Positions 23,848-33,943 of a stretch of DNA of 64,000 bases are shown one piece after another. Where the stretch lies: positions 38,639 to 102,638 of the forward strand of contig CAVQLG010000013.1 in assembly GCA_963713275.1 (NCBI GenBank), read 5' to 3'. The position numbers and the translations under genes were made by a program. The stretch comes from an uncultured beta proteobacterium. GTDB lineage: Bacteria; Pseudomonadota; Gammaproteobacteria; Burkholderiales; Casimicrobiaceae. Under the pieces are notes generated by a model, which had not been told where the DNA came from, searched no databases, and saw nothing but the letters and a program-made list of their open reading frames with translations. Numbering within the stretch: the stretch's first letter is position 1; every line of letters begins with the position of its first letter.

Positions 23848-25438
23848 ATGAACCGACTCCCGCCGATCGCGCTCTGCGCCCTCGTCGCGGCGCTCGCCAC
23901 GACGCCCGTCGACTCCACGGCCAAGACGCTGCGCTGGGCGGGGCGTGGCGACATGCAGACGACCGACCCGCATTCGCAGAACGAGAACCTCACCAACAAC
24001 GTCAACGCGCTGGTCTACGAGCACCTCGTCGACGCGCGACCGGAAGCTCGCGCTGGTTCCGGCGCTCGCGACGTCCTGGGAGCAGGTCGATCCGAGCACC
24101 TGGCGCTTTCGCCTGCGGCCCGGCGTCAAGTGGCACGACGGCTCGGCGTTCACCGCCGACGACGTGGTCTTCAGCTTCGAGCGGGCGCGAGCCGAGACTT
24201 CCCAGCTGCGCGCCTACGCGAACGCAGCCGGCACCGCGCGCCGGATCGACGAGCTCACCGTCGAGTTCGTCACCCCGGGCCCCAACCCGATCCTGCTCGA
24301 GCACGTCGCCTCGATCAATGTCATGAACCGCGCCTGGTGCGAGAAGCACCGCGCGGCGAAGCCGCAGAACTTCGCGGCGAAGGAGGACATGATCACCGCG
24401 CGACAGGCGATGGGCACCGGGCCGTTCATGCTGCGATCGCGCGAGCCCGACGTCAAGACGGTGCTGGTGAAGAACCCCAACTGGTGGGGGCAGAAGGAAG
24501 GGCGCTTCGAGGGCAACGTGGACGAAGTCGTCTACACGCCGATCGGCTCGGACGCCACCCGCGTCGCCGCGCTCGTCTCCGGCGAGGTGGACCTCGTGAA
24601 CGATCCGCCCCCGCAGGACGTGCCACGCCTGGGCGCAACGCCGGGCATCAAGGTGCTGGAGGGCACCGAGCATCGCGTCGTGTTCCTGGGCATGGACCAG
24701 GACCGCGACGAACTCCTCTACTCCAGCGTCAAGGGCAGGAATCCCCTCAAGGACCGGCGGGTGCGCCAGGCGCTCTACCAGGCGATCGACATCGAAGCGA
24801 TCCGCCGGACCACGATGCGCGGGCTCGCGCAGCCCACGGGCATGGTGCTGCCGTCGCCGGCGCAGTCGACGCCCGAACTCGAGCGCCGGCTGCCGTTCGA
24901 CCGCGCCGCGGCGAAGGCGCTGCTCGCCGAGGCCGGCTACGCCGGCGGCTTCGAGATCACCCTCGACTGCCCGAACAACCGCTACGTCAACGACGAGAAG
25001 ATCTGCCAGGCGATCGCGGCGATGTGGAGCCAGGTCGGCGTCAACACGCGGGTCAACACGATGCCGCGGGCGACGTACTTCCCGAAGCTCGAGAAACTCG
25101 ACACCAGCGTGTACATGCTGGGCTGGGGGGGCGCATCGACCGACGCCATCTTCACGCTGCAGCCGGTCATGGCGACCTGGAACGGCAGGGGAGACGGCGA
25201 TTACAACTACGGCCGCTACTCGAACCCGAGGCTCGATGCGCTGACGGCGAAGGTCAAGCGTGAAATGAACCCGGCGGTCCGGCTGCAGATGATCCGCGAC
25301 GCGCTCGCGGCGCAGCAGGCGGAGGTCAACCACATCCCGCTGCACCGGCAGGTGATCCCGTGGGCGGCACGCGCCGGCGTCGTCGTGCCGCACCGCGCCG
25401 ACAACTGGGTGACGCCCACCTGGGTGACGCTGCCCTGA
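23848..25438 (+). pseudogene. ABC transporter substrate-binding protein, family 5 (peptide/nickel/opine type), frame broken by an apparent 1-nt insertion near 24031-24035
   Basis: Signal peptide MNRLPPIALCALVAALATTPVDS and …NENLTNNVNALVYEHLV lie in one frame. RDRKLALVPALATSWEQVDPSTWRFRLRPGVKWHDGSAFTADDVVFS… follows in the next frame (ORF 23945..25438). No cognate permease or ATPase is nearby. Confidence 0.85.
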
Positions 25439-25500
25439 CGGCGCGGGGACGCGCGTCGTGCCGGCAACGCCGCGCCCTCCGGCGCCTCGATCCCGCGCGG

Positions 25501-26142
25501 CACGTCGGGGTACTGCGCCGCCATCGCCCGGAACCGCTCGTCCCAGTAGGGCATGGTGATCGCAAGGCCGTTGGACTTGGTCGCCGAGGTGACGTGCTTC
25601 GCCGGCCTCCGGCGGGCGAGTTCGAAGGCGAAGCGCAGGATGCGATCGACGCCGAGGCGCGTGAACACGGTCTCCTGCAGGACGATCTCGCGCTCGGTGC
25701 CCTCGAACATCCGTCCTCCCAGCGACGAGTACTCGCCCTCGGTGTTCTCGCGCACGATCGCCATGTCGATGTCTCCCGGCCGGCGGCTGGCGAGCGGCGT
25801 CGCGATGCCGGGCATCAGCCGGCAGGGACGCAGGTTGACGTACTGGTCGAAGCGCCGCCGGAACTGCAGCAGCGATCCCGCGAGCGAGACGTGATCGGGC
25901 ACGGCCGCCGGCCAGCCGACCGCGCCGTAGAAGACCGCCTCGAAGGAGGACAGCTCCTCGAACCAGTCCTCCGGCATCATCCGGCCGTGCCGCTGGTAGT
26001 AATCGCAGCTCCAGTCGTAGTGTCCCCAGTCGAACTCGATGCCGAAGCGGCCTGCGACGGCTTCGAGCACGCGCAGTCCTTCCGGTACGGTTTCCTTGCC
26101 GATGCCGTCGCCGGGGATGACGGCGACTCGATGCCTGGCCAT
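25501..26142 (-). pseudogene. Tartrate dehydrogenase / 3-isopropylmalate dehydrogenase family gene remnant (C-terminal ~40% missing)
   Basis: MARHRVAVIPGDGIGKETVPEG…IVRENTEGEYSSLGG…SATKSNGLAITMPYWDERFRAMAAQYPDV (214 aa by my count). Homology then stops. The ORF runs on as nonsense into the convergent SBP gene, and no other frame carries the missing …SNLFGDILSD… part. Confidence 0.75.
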
Positions 26143-26337
26143 GCGCGTTGCTCCCCGGGGTTGCGTCGCGGTGGCGACAGCGCATTCTAGGACCGCGGCG
26201 CGGCCCCCGCCACGATCGAACGGCGCTGCCGGGTCAGGCGCGCGCGCATCGACATTGACCTGGCTCACCGCCCTCCGATGGCGCTGCGGTCGGAACACCC
26301 CGCCGCGCTTGCTCCCGCCCTTCGAACCGGACATCGC

Positions 26338-26770
26338 GTGCGCTCCATCCTCTACGTCGTCGCGCAGTTCGCTGTGTTGCGGTGCTCCTGTTTCCGGGGC
26401 TACCTGGACCGCGTCGGCCGCCGCCTGCGTGCTGATCGGCGCCGGCACGGCGATCGGCGCCTGGGCGCTGCTCGCGAACCGGCCGGGCAACTTCAACATC
26501 CGGCCCGATCCGAAGCACGACGGCCAGCTGGTCAGCCACGGCCCTTACCGGCACGTCCGGCATCCGATGTATCTTGCGGTGCTGCTCGGCTGCGCCGGCG
26601 TGGCGGCGGGCTTCGGGGACCTCTGGCGCTGGGCCGTGCTCGTGGCGCTCGCGCTGGTGCTGCATTTCAAGGCCGCCTTCGAGGAACGCGCGCTCGCGCT
26701 GCGCTTCCCGGAATACGCGGACTACGCGCGGGGCACGCCGGCGCTGATTCCCTTCCTTCGCCGACGCTGA
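26338..26770 (+). pseudogene. Isoprenylcysteine carboxyl methyltransferase (ICMT)-family membrane methyltransferase, apparent 1-nt insertion near 26380
   Basis: The N-terminus (GTG)RSILYVVAQFAVL lies in the frame of ORF 26278. The rest (…ACVLIGAGTAIGAWALLANRPGNFNIRPDPKHDGQLVSHGPYRHVRHPMYLAVLLG…) lies in the frame of ORF 26039..26770. The span is 433 nt, which is 3n+1. Confidence 0.7.
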
Positions 26771-26911
26771 CCGCCTTCCTGCGCCGGCGCTGACCGGGCG
26801 CGCGCCGCCCGCGTCGGCCATCCGGTCGATGGCGCCGCCGACGGGCTGGCTCTAGATTGACGCGCATCGACGCTTCGCGTCGTGCCAATCCTTCCCACCC
26901 GGAGCCAACCC

Positions 26912-27448
26912 ATGCTGCGCCGCGCCTACCTCTTCTCGCTGTGGGTCCTGCAATTCGCGCTGGTCGTCGACGTCGTTCCCGTCCTCGGGGAAGCGCTGCG
27001 GCTGCGCGCCGCCATCGGACATCCGCCCGACGGCGTGCACGCCCTCCTGCGCTTCGCCATCGCCGGCGCGGGCATGGTCGGCGCCAGCTTTGCCCTGGCG
27101 GGGCCGCTCTACGCGCTGCGGCGCCACCGGCAACGGGGCGCGCTGCGCTTTCTCGGCCTGCCGGGCTGGGCGGCGACGCTCGCCGTCGTCGGCGCGACGG
27201 CCTATGTCGTCGCCGCAGCCCTTGGCGTATGGCTGCCCGACGTCGACCTGCCCTGGGCCGAGGCGATCCACGGGCAGGCGCGCGCCGTCGCGCTCGCGAG
27301 CCTCTCCCTGATGGCCGGGGGCGCCCTTGCCGCGGAGCTCCTGCGACGCAGCGTCGCGCCGCCGCGCCTGCTGCGCGACCTGATGTCCGCCCGCGGCGGG
27401 CGCACCGAAGTCGTCTATCCGGACGACCTGCGCACCCACGCTCGCTGA
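26912..27448 (+). CDS. Hypothetical membrane protein
   Basis: ATG 26912 is preceded by GGAG. There are 4-5 predicted hydrophobic helices (LFSLWVLQFALVVDVVPVL, FAIAGAGMVGASFALAGPLYAL, WAATLAVVGATAYVVAAALGVW). I recognise no family. Confidence 0.5.
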   Translation: MLRRAYLFSLWVLQFALVVDVVPVLGEALRLRAAIGHPPDGVHALLRFAIAGAGMVGASFALAGPLYALRRHRQRGALRFLGLPGWAATLAVVGATAYVVAAALGVWLPDVDLPWAEAIHGQARAVALASLSLMAGGALAAELLRRSVAPPRLLRDLMSARGGRTEVVYPDDLRTHAR

Positions 27449-27517
27449 CCGCGGCGGATTGCGTTCGGGCACGCCCTGCAATGTTGCAGCGCATCCCGTT
27501 GCCGCGCGCGCCGCGTC

Positions 27518-27550
27518 GTGTCGTGTCGAGCCGTGTCGTGTCGAGCCGTG
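27518..27550. repeat. 15-bp tandem duplication (gtgtcgtgtcgagcc x2, plus partial third copy)
   Basis: Read directly from the intergenic region upstream of the EamA gene. Confidence 0.85.
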
Positions 27551-27757
27551 GACACCTCGGCAGCGTTGCGTTAACCTTGCCGCTCGCGTCAGGGTCTTCG
27601 CGCCTGCGGTCGGTCAGCCGCCGCGGCCCGCCTGCCTACGCCCGCCTCGCCGCGTATCCACAGCCCGCAGCGCGGGGCCGCGACGGCGGCGTCCTGCCCC
27701 GCGACGCTTCCCGCCCTCCCTTCGACCCCGTTTCCGACCGCCGTTCCCCGCCCGGCA

Positions 27758-28651
27758 ATGACCGCCTCCCCCGCGCACCGACGCGCCATCCTGATGATGG
27801 TCGTCGCCGCGATCTGCTGGTCCTCGGGGGGAATCCTCGTGCGCCAGCTGTCGATCACCAACGCCTGGGAGATCGTGTTCTGGCGCAGCGTGTTCATGGC
27901 GCTGTTCGTCCTCGGCGTGCTCGCGGTGCTGCACGGCCGCCGGCTGCCGCAGGCGGTGATTGCGGCCGGCAAGCCGGGGCTTCTGGCCGGCCTCTTCCTC
28001 GCCGGCACCTTCTTCTTCTTCATCGCCTCGCTGACGCGCACGACCGTCGCCAACACCTTCGTGTTGATGAGCGTCTCGCCCTTCCTCGCCGCACTGGCCG
28101 GGCGCCTCATCCTGAAGGAAGCGGTGCCCGCGCGCACCTGGGTCGCGATGGCGGTGGCGTTCGCCGGTGTCGTCGTCATGTTCGCCGCTTCGCTCGATGG
28201 AGGACGGCTCGCCGGCAACCTGCTGGCCCTGGGCGTTTCCTGCTGCTTCGCCGCGCAGGTGACCGTGCTGCGGCGTTTTCATGCCACCGTCGACATGCTG
28301 CCGCAGGTGATGATCGCCGGCGTCATCTCGCTGGTCATCGCGTTCGCCGTCTCGCCCCCGTTCGCCGCGACCGGACGTGACCTGGGGTTTCTCGCCCTGA
28401 TGGGCTGCGTGCAGCTGGGCACCGGCTGCCTGCTCGCGACTGCAGCCTCGCGGCACCTGTCGGCGACCGAGCTCGGCCTCCTGGCGCTGCTCGAGCCCAT
28501 CGCCGGCCCGCTCTGGGTATGGCTGCTGATGGGCGAGAACCCGGGCGCGGCGACGCTCACCGGGGGAGCGATCGTGCTGCTCGCGGTCCTTGCCAACGAG
28601 GCGTTCGCCGCCTGGCAGGAGTCGCGCCACGCCGCCGCCCGCGCCGGCTGA
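27758..28651 (+). CDS. EamA/DMT-family transporter
   Basis: Ten hydrophobic segments in two EamA halves. Starts MTASPAHRRAILMMVVAAICWSSGGILVRQL. Confidence 0.85.
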   Translation: MTASPAHRRAILMMVVAAICWSSGGILVRQLSITNAWEIVFWRSVFMALFVLGVLAVLHGRRLPQAVIAAGKPGLLAGLFLAGTFFFFIASLTRTTVANTFVLMSVSPFLAALAGRLILKEAVPARTWVAMAVAFAGVVVMFAASLDGGRLAGNLLALGVSCCFAAQVTVLRRFHATVDMLPQVMIAGVISLVIAFAVSPPFAATGRDLGFLALMGCVQLGTGCLLATAASRHLSATELGLLALLEPIAGPLWVWLLMGENPGAATLTGGAIVLLAVLANEAFAAWQESRHAAARAG

Positions 28652-28664
28652 GCGGCACACCGCC

Positions 28665-29441
28665 GTGTCCCTTGCCGACTTCCCGCTGGGTTTCTACCCG
28701 GTCGCGGTCGTCGCCATCGTGCTGACCGGGATCGCCAAAGGCGGCTTCGGCGCGGGCGCCGGCGGTCTCGCCGTGCCCATCATGTCGCTCTACGTCGCTC
28801 CGCCCGAGGCGGCGGGGATCATGCTGCCGATCCTCTGCGCGATGGATCTCTTCGGCGTGCACGCCTACCGCGGGCAGGGCTCGCGGCGGCACCTGGCGAT
28901 CCTGCTCCCCGGGGCGATGGTCGGGATCGCGGCCGGGGCCCTGGCGTTCGGCACGCTGCCGGTCAACGGGATCCGCCTGCTGCTCGGTGCGATCGCGGTG
29001 ACCTTCGCGCTCAACCGCTGGTTCGCGCTCGGCGAGCGCGTCGCCCGCCGCTTGTCGGCCGGCGAGCACGTCCCCGGGCCCGCGGCGGGCGTCTTCTGGG
29101 GCACGCTGTCGGGCTTCACCAGCACGCTCGCGCACGCGGGCGGCCCGCCGTTCGCCGTGTACGTCCTGGCGCAGAAACTCGACAAGACGCGCGTGGTCGC
29201 GACATCGGTCGTCTTCTTCCTCGTCGTCAACTACGTGAAGCTCGTCCCGTACGCGATGCTCGGTCAGCTCAACCGGACGAACCTCGCCGCCTCGCTGCTG
29301 TTCGCCCCGCTCGCGCCGCTCGGCGTCTGGCTCGGCGTCTGGCTGCACCGGCGCGTCTCCGAGCAGGCGTTCTACCAGGTGAGCTACGCGCTGCTGTTCG
29401 CGACCGGCGTCAAGCTCGTCGCCGACGCGCTGCTGCGCTGA
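28665..29441 (+). CDS. TauE/SafE family sulfite/anion exporter
   Basis: …[30 protein letters not shown]… and a repeated half …[17 protein letters not shown]…. GTG 28665 chosen; the ORF is open from 28590 and overlaps the EamA gene. Confidence 0.8.
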   Translation: MSLADFPLGFYPVAVVAIVLTGIAKGGFGAGAGGLAVPIMSLYVAPPEAAGIMLPILCAMDLFGVHAYRGQGSRRHLAILLPGAMVGIAAGALAFGTLPVNGIRLLLGAIAVTFALNRWFALGERVARRLSAGEHVPGPAAGVFWGTLSGFTSTLAHAGGPPFAVYVLAQKLDKTRVVATSVVFFLVVNYVKLVPYAMLGQLNRTNLAASLLFAPLAPLGVWLGVWLHRRVSEQAFYQVSYALLFATGVKLVADALLR

Positions 29442-29511
29442 CGCTTCGCCGGCGCGGCGCCTGGCGGCGATGCGCTATGATGCTTGCCACGAAAGCCCCT
29501 TGCCGTCCTCC

Positions 29512-30480
29512 ATGAAGCAGACCTTTCTCGACTTCGAGCAACCGATCGCCGAACTGCAGGCGAAGATCGACGAGCTGCGTTTCGTCCACGAGGATTCCGC
29601 GGTCGACATCTCCGACGAGATCAACCGGCTGCAGAAGAAGAGCCAGCAGCTCACGCGTGACATCTACTCGAAGCTCTCGTCGTGGCAGATCGCGCTGGTC
29701 GCGCGCCACCCGCAGCGACCGTACACGCTCGACTACATCAACGGCATGTTCGCCGACTTCCGCGAGTTGCACGGCGATCGCGTCTACGCCGACGACCCGG
29801 CGATCGTCGGCGGACTCGCCCGCTTCAACGGCCAGCCGTGCATGGTCATCGGCCAGCAGAAGGGCCGCGACACCAAGGAGAAGATCCAGCGCAACTTCGG
29901 GATGCCCCGGCCGGAGGGATACCGCAAGGCGCTGCGGCTGATGAAGCTCGCGGAGAAGTTCTCGCTGCCGCTGTTCACGTTCGTCGACACGCCGGGCGCG
30001 TATCCGGGGATCGACGCCGAGGAGCGCGGTCAGTCCGAGGCGATCGGGCGCAATCTCTACGAGATGGCGGGCCTGCGCACGCCGATCGTCGTCACCGTCA
30101 TCGGCGAGGGCGGCTCCGGCGGCGCGCTGGCGATCGCGGTCGGCGACGTCACGTTGATGCTGCAGTACGCGACCTACTCCGTGATCTCGCCCGAAGGCTG
30201 CGCGTCGATCTTGTGGAAGAGCGCCGACAACGCAGCCGAAGCGGCCGAGATCCTGGGCATCACGGCGCCGCGCCTGAAGCAGCTCGGGCTCATCGACAAG
30301 GTGGTGAGCGAGCCGGTCGGGGGTGCGCATCGCGACCCCGCCGCGATCATGGTCACACTCAAGAAGGCGCTGGCCGAGGCGCTGCGGCAGCTGCAGGAGC
30401 AGTCGATCGGCGCGCTGCTCGAGGCGCGCGAGGAGAAGATCCTCTCCTACGGCAAGTTCAAGGAGATCGCCGCCGGCTGA
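29512..30480 (+). CDS. accA: Acetyl-CoA carboxylase carboxyltransferase subunit alpha
   Basis: [23 protein letters not shown]…, [37 protein letters not shown]. Confidence 0.95.
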   Translation: MKQTFLDFEQPIAELQAKIDELRFVHEDSAVDISDEINRLQKKSQQLTRDIYSKLSSWQIALVARHPQRPYTLDYINGMFADFRELHGDRVYADDPAIVGGLARFNGQPCMVIGQQKGRDTKEKIQRNFGMPRPEGYRKALRLMKLAEKFSLPLFTFVDTPGAYPGIDAEERGQSEAIGRNLYEMAGLRTPIVVTVIGEGGSGGALAIAVGDVTLMLQYATYSVISPEGCASILWKSADNAAEAAEILGITAPRLKQLGLIDKVVSEPVGGAHRDPAAIMVTLKKALAEALRQLQEQSIGALLEAREEKILSYGKFKEIAAG

Positions 30481-30530
30481 CCGCGGCGCGGCCTCGCGCT
30501 TCGTTGGCAGCGGCGCGCTCGGCCACCGCG

Positions 30531-31959
30531 ATGCCCGCCCCCGCGCCGCCGGTAACCCGTGATGTCGTCGTCGACGCCGTCGCGCGGTCGCTGTCCGCGT
30601 GGCGGGACGGCTGCGCGAAGACTGGCGCGCGACCGCCGCGCCTCGCGGTCGCGCTGTCCGGCGGCTGCGACTCGATGCTGCTGCTCGACGCCGTCGCGCG
30701 GCTCGCGCCGGAACTCGGGCTCGCCGTCTCGGCGGTGCACGTCCACCACGGGCTCTCGCCGCACGCCGACGCCTGGGCGGCGTTGTGCGCCGGCGTCTGT
30801 GCCGCGCGTTCGCTGCCGCTGGTCGTGACCCGCGTCGTGGTGGAACGTCGGGCCGGGCGCAGCCTCGAAGCCTGCGCCCGCGCGGCGCGCTACGCGGCGT
30901 TCGCCGCGCTCGACGTCGACGCGATCGCGCTGGCGCACCATGCCGACGACCAGGCCGAAACGCTGCTGCTCCAGCTGCTGCGCGGTGCGGGCCCGCACGG
31001 CCTCGCCGCGATGCCCGCGCTGCGCAGCGCACCCCGCGGCCCGTCGTTCGTGCGTCCCCTGCTCGCGCTGCCGCGAGCGGTGCTGCGCGGCCTCGCCCGC
31101 GAGCGCGGCCTCGCCTGGGCAGAGGACGAGTCCAACGCCGACCTGCGCCTGCGCCGCAACTACCTGCGTGCGCAGGTGACGCCGCGGCTCGCGCAGGCCT
31201 TCCCCGGCTATCCGCACACGCTGCTGCGGGCGGCGGCACACCAGGCCGACGCCGCGCGCCTCGCCGACGAGCTGGCGGCGGAGGATGCCCAGGGTGCGCT
31301 CGCCGCCGACCCCGTGGACGGGCCGACGCTTGCGCGCGCGCGCTTGGTCGAGCTCGCGCGGGAGCGCGCGCATCGCGCGCGGAACCTGCTGCGCTGGTTC
31401 CTGCGCCACCACGGCCTCGCCGCACCGTCCGCGGCGCGGCTGGAGGCGATGCTCGCGCAGCTCGTCGGCGCCGCCGATGACGCCCGCGTGCGGCTCGTCC
31501 ACGAGAACCGTGTCCTCGGCGTTCATCGCGGGCGCATCGTCGCGTACGCGCCGGTCGCACGCTGGCCCGAAGGCGCGCTGGAACGGCGAGCCGGCAATCG
31601 CGCTGGCGCACGGTCGACTGGCGTTCACGACCGCCGAGGGCCGCGGACTCGCCGCCGAGCGCGCCGCCGCCGGCACGCTGACGGTGCGGTCCCGAGTCGG
31701 CGGCGAGCGGCTGCGGCCGGGGCCGGGGCGGCCGCGGCAGCTCCTCACGCACCTCTTCCAGCAGCAGGGGGTCCCCGCCTGGCGCCGCGACGCCTGGCCG
31801 CTCCTCTACGTTGGCGAGGACCTGGTCGCCGTCCCCGACGTGGGCATCGACCCGCGGTTCGCCGCGTTGCCGACGCAGCCCGGAATCGAGGTTTCGTGGC
31901 TGCCGCGACCGTGGCAAAGCTTGATCCTTGTCAATCCGGGTGACGAGGTTCGCGGTTAG
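30531..31959 (+). pseudogene. tilS: tRNA(Ile)-lysidine synthetase TilS, frame broken by an apparent 1-nt insertion near 31560-31575
   Basis: PP-loop LAVALSGGCDSMLLL and …HHADDQAETLLLQLLRG… lie in the first frame. The C-terminal TilS domain (WNGEPAIALAHGRLAF…RVGGERLRPGPGRPRQLLTHLFQQQGVPAWRRDAWPLLYVGEDLVAVPDVGID) lies in ORF 31285..31959. Follows accA as usual. Confidence 0.88.
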
Positions 31960-32042
31960 CCTGCCCAAGCCCGTTGCGTTCCTCCCGACTCGGGAAGGCG
32001 CAACGACCCGCGAGGCAACGTGGACGCGCCGGCTCGATTGGA

Positions 32043-32072
32043 TTGACAAGCCGGCGCGCCGACTGCCCTAAT
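32043..32072 (+). promoter_or_regulatory. Candidate sigma70 promoter for dctPQM (TTGACA-18 bp-CCTAAT)
   Basis: TTGACA at 32043-32048 and CCTAAT at 32067-32072, about 100 nt upstream of dctP. This is a pattern match only. Confidence 0.3.
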
Positions 32073-32176
32073 GCGGGCAGCACGATCGCACCGCCGGCGG
32101 CGCGACGATGTGTAGCCAACAAGAAGAATCCGTCGGCAAGTGGTACCTTTCCTGATCTGCCCCATAGGAGGATGTG

Positions 32177-33187
32177 ATGAAGTTCACGCAGTTCCGTCTT
32201 GCGCTCGTCCTGGCCGCGTCCGCGGTCTTCGCCGCGGGCGCCGCGTTCGCGCAGGCGCCGATCGTCATCAAGTTCAGCCACGTCGTGGCGCCCGACACGC
32301 CGAAGGGCAAGGCCGCGGAGAAGTTCAAGGAGCTCGCCGACGCGAAGCTCAAGGGCAAGGTCAAGGTCGAGGTCTACCCCAACTCGCAGCTCTACAAGGA
32401 CGGCGAGGAAATGGAGGCGCTGTCGCTGGGTTCGGTGCAGCTCCTCGCCCCGTCGCTCGCCAAGTTCGGCCCGCTCGGCGTGCGCGAGTTCGAGGTGTTC
32501 GACCTGCCGTTCATGTTCGACAGCTACGCCGAGCTCAACAAGGTGACGAGCGGACCGGCCGGCGCGGCGCTGCTGAAGAAGCTCGAGCCCAAGGGCATCG
32601 TCGGCCTCGCGTACTGGGACAACGGCTTCAAGGTGCTCTCGTCCAACAAGCCGTTGAAGCTTCCGGCCGACATCAAAGGCCAGAAGCTGCGCATCCAGTC
32701 GTCGAAGGTGCTCGAGGCCCAGATGCGTTCGGTCGGCGCGATGCCGCAAACGATGGCGTTCTCCGAGGTCTACCAGGCGCTGCAGACCGGCGTGGTCGAC
32801 GGCACCGAGAACCCGCCGTCGAACATGTACACGCAGAAGATGCACGAGGTGCAGAAGCACGCCATCGTCACCGACCACGGCTATTTGGGCTACGCGGTGA
32901 TCGCCAACAAGAGGTTCTGGGAGGGCCTGCCCGCCGACGTGCGCAAGGAACTCGAAGCGGCGATGGCCGAGGCGACCAGGTACGCCAACACGATCGCCAA
33001 GCAGGAGAACGACCAGTCGCTGGAGAAGATCAAGGCTTCCGGGAAGACGGCCGTCTACGTGCCGACGCCGCAGGAGCGCGCGGCGTGGAAGAAGGCGATG
33101 GTGCCGGTGCACAAGGAGATGGAGAGCCGGATCGGCAAGGAGACGATCGAGTCCTTCTATAAGGAAACCGGCTTCAAGGCCGAGTGA
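32177..33187 (+). CDS. dctP: TRAP transporter substrate-binding protein DctP (C4-dicarboxylate type)
   Basis: Signal peptide MKFTQFRLALVLAASAVFAAGAAFA. IVIKFSHVVAPDTPKGKAAEKFKEL…VYPNSQLYKDGEEMEAL…. RBS AGGAGGA lies 5 nt upstream of ATG 32177. Confidence 0.92.
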   Translation: MKFTQFRLALVLAASAVFAAGAAFAQAPIVIKFSHVVAPDTPKGKAAEKFKELADAKLKGKVKVEVYPNSQLYKDGEEMEALSLGSVQLLAPSLAKFGPLGVREFEVFDLPFMFDSYAELNKVTSGPAGAALLKKLEPKGIVGLAYWDNGFKVLSSNKPLKLPADIKGQKLRIQSSKVLEAQMRSVGAMPQTMAFSEVYQALQTGVVDGTENPPSNMYTQKMHEVQKHAIVTDHGYLGYAVIANKRFWEGLPADVRKELEAAMAEATRYANTIAKQENDQSLEKIKASGKTAVYVPTPQERAAWKKAMVPVHKEMESRIGKETIESFYKETGFKAE

Positions 33188-33325
33188 AGCCGGACCTGCC
33201 GGACGCCCGCCGCGAGAGCGGGCATCCGGGGGTTCGTCTCGCCGGTGGGCCGCCGCCGCAACGCCGGCGGCCCGCGTACCCGTTTCGCAGCCCTGCAGTT
33301 CCGTCCACCGGGAGGAGACCGGAAG

Positions 33326-33943
33326 ATGCTCAATCGCGCCCTCGATCACCTCGAGGAATGGATCGTTACGTTCCTCATCGGCGCCGCGACGGTGATCATC
33401 TTCGCCGCCGTGCTGCACCGCTACGCGACCGGACTGCCGATCCCCGGCGTCCAGGATTTCCTCCTCGGCATCAACATGGGCTGGGCGCAGGAGCTGTGCA
33501 TCTACCTGTTCGTCTGGATGGCCAAGTTCGGCGCCGCGTATGGCGTTCGCACCGGCATCCACGTCGGCGTCGACGTGCTCATCAACGCGCTGTCCGACCG
33601 CGTGCGCGCCAAGTTCGTAATCTTCGGGCTGCTCGCCGGGGCGCTCTTCACCGGGATCATCGGCACCTTCGGCACGCACTTCGTCTGGGAGCTCTTCCAC
33701 ACCGACCAGGTCTCCGCCGACCTCGAGCTGCCGAAGTGGCTCGTCTACCTGTGCATCCCGCTGGGCTCGTACCTCATGTGCTACCGCTTCCTGCAGGTGA
33801 CCTGGAGCTTCGTCAAGACCGGCCACCTGCCGCACGCCGACCACGGCCACGTCGAGGGCCTCGACAAGGAAGACGCGACCGAGTGGGCGAAGATGCCCTC
33901 GGACCTGCACCCCGCTGACGTCGACACCGGGAGGAAGCCATGA
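33326..33943 (+). CDS. dctQ: TRAP transporter small permease DctQ
   Basis: MLNRALDHLEEWIVTFLIGAATVIIF…, four TM segments. It has an unusually long His/Asp-rich C-terminal tail (…HLPHADHGHVEGLDKEDATEW…). The stop overlaps the dctM start (ATGA). Confidence 0.85.
   Translation: MLNRALDHLEEWIVTFLIGAATVIIFAAVLHRYATGLPIPGVQDFLLGINMGWAQELCIYLFVWMAKFGAAYGVRTGIHVGVDVLINALSDRVRAKFVIFGLLAGALFTGIIGTFGTHFVWELFHTDQVSADLELPKWLVYLCIPLGSYLMCYRFLQVTWSFVKTGHLPHADHGHVEGLDKEDATEWAKMPSDLHPADVDTGRKP

Noticed and set aside
27476-27489. A palindrome ctgcaa-tg-ttgcag upstream of the EamA transporter gene as a possible operator.
   Set aside because: The 6-bp arms occur in isolation, no regulator gene is adjacent, and such a match is expected by chance in 64 kb.
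32141-32155. A sigma54-like element tggtacctttcctga upstream of dctP (TRAP dct operons are often RpoN/DctD dependent).
   Set aside because: The -12 position has TGA instead of the near-invariant GC (TGGCAC-N5-TTGC). No dctBD genes are nearby, so the match is too weak.
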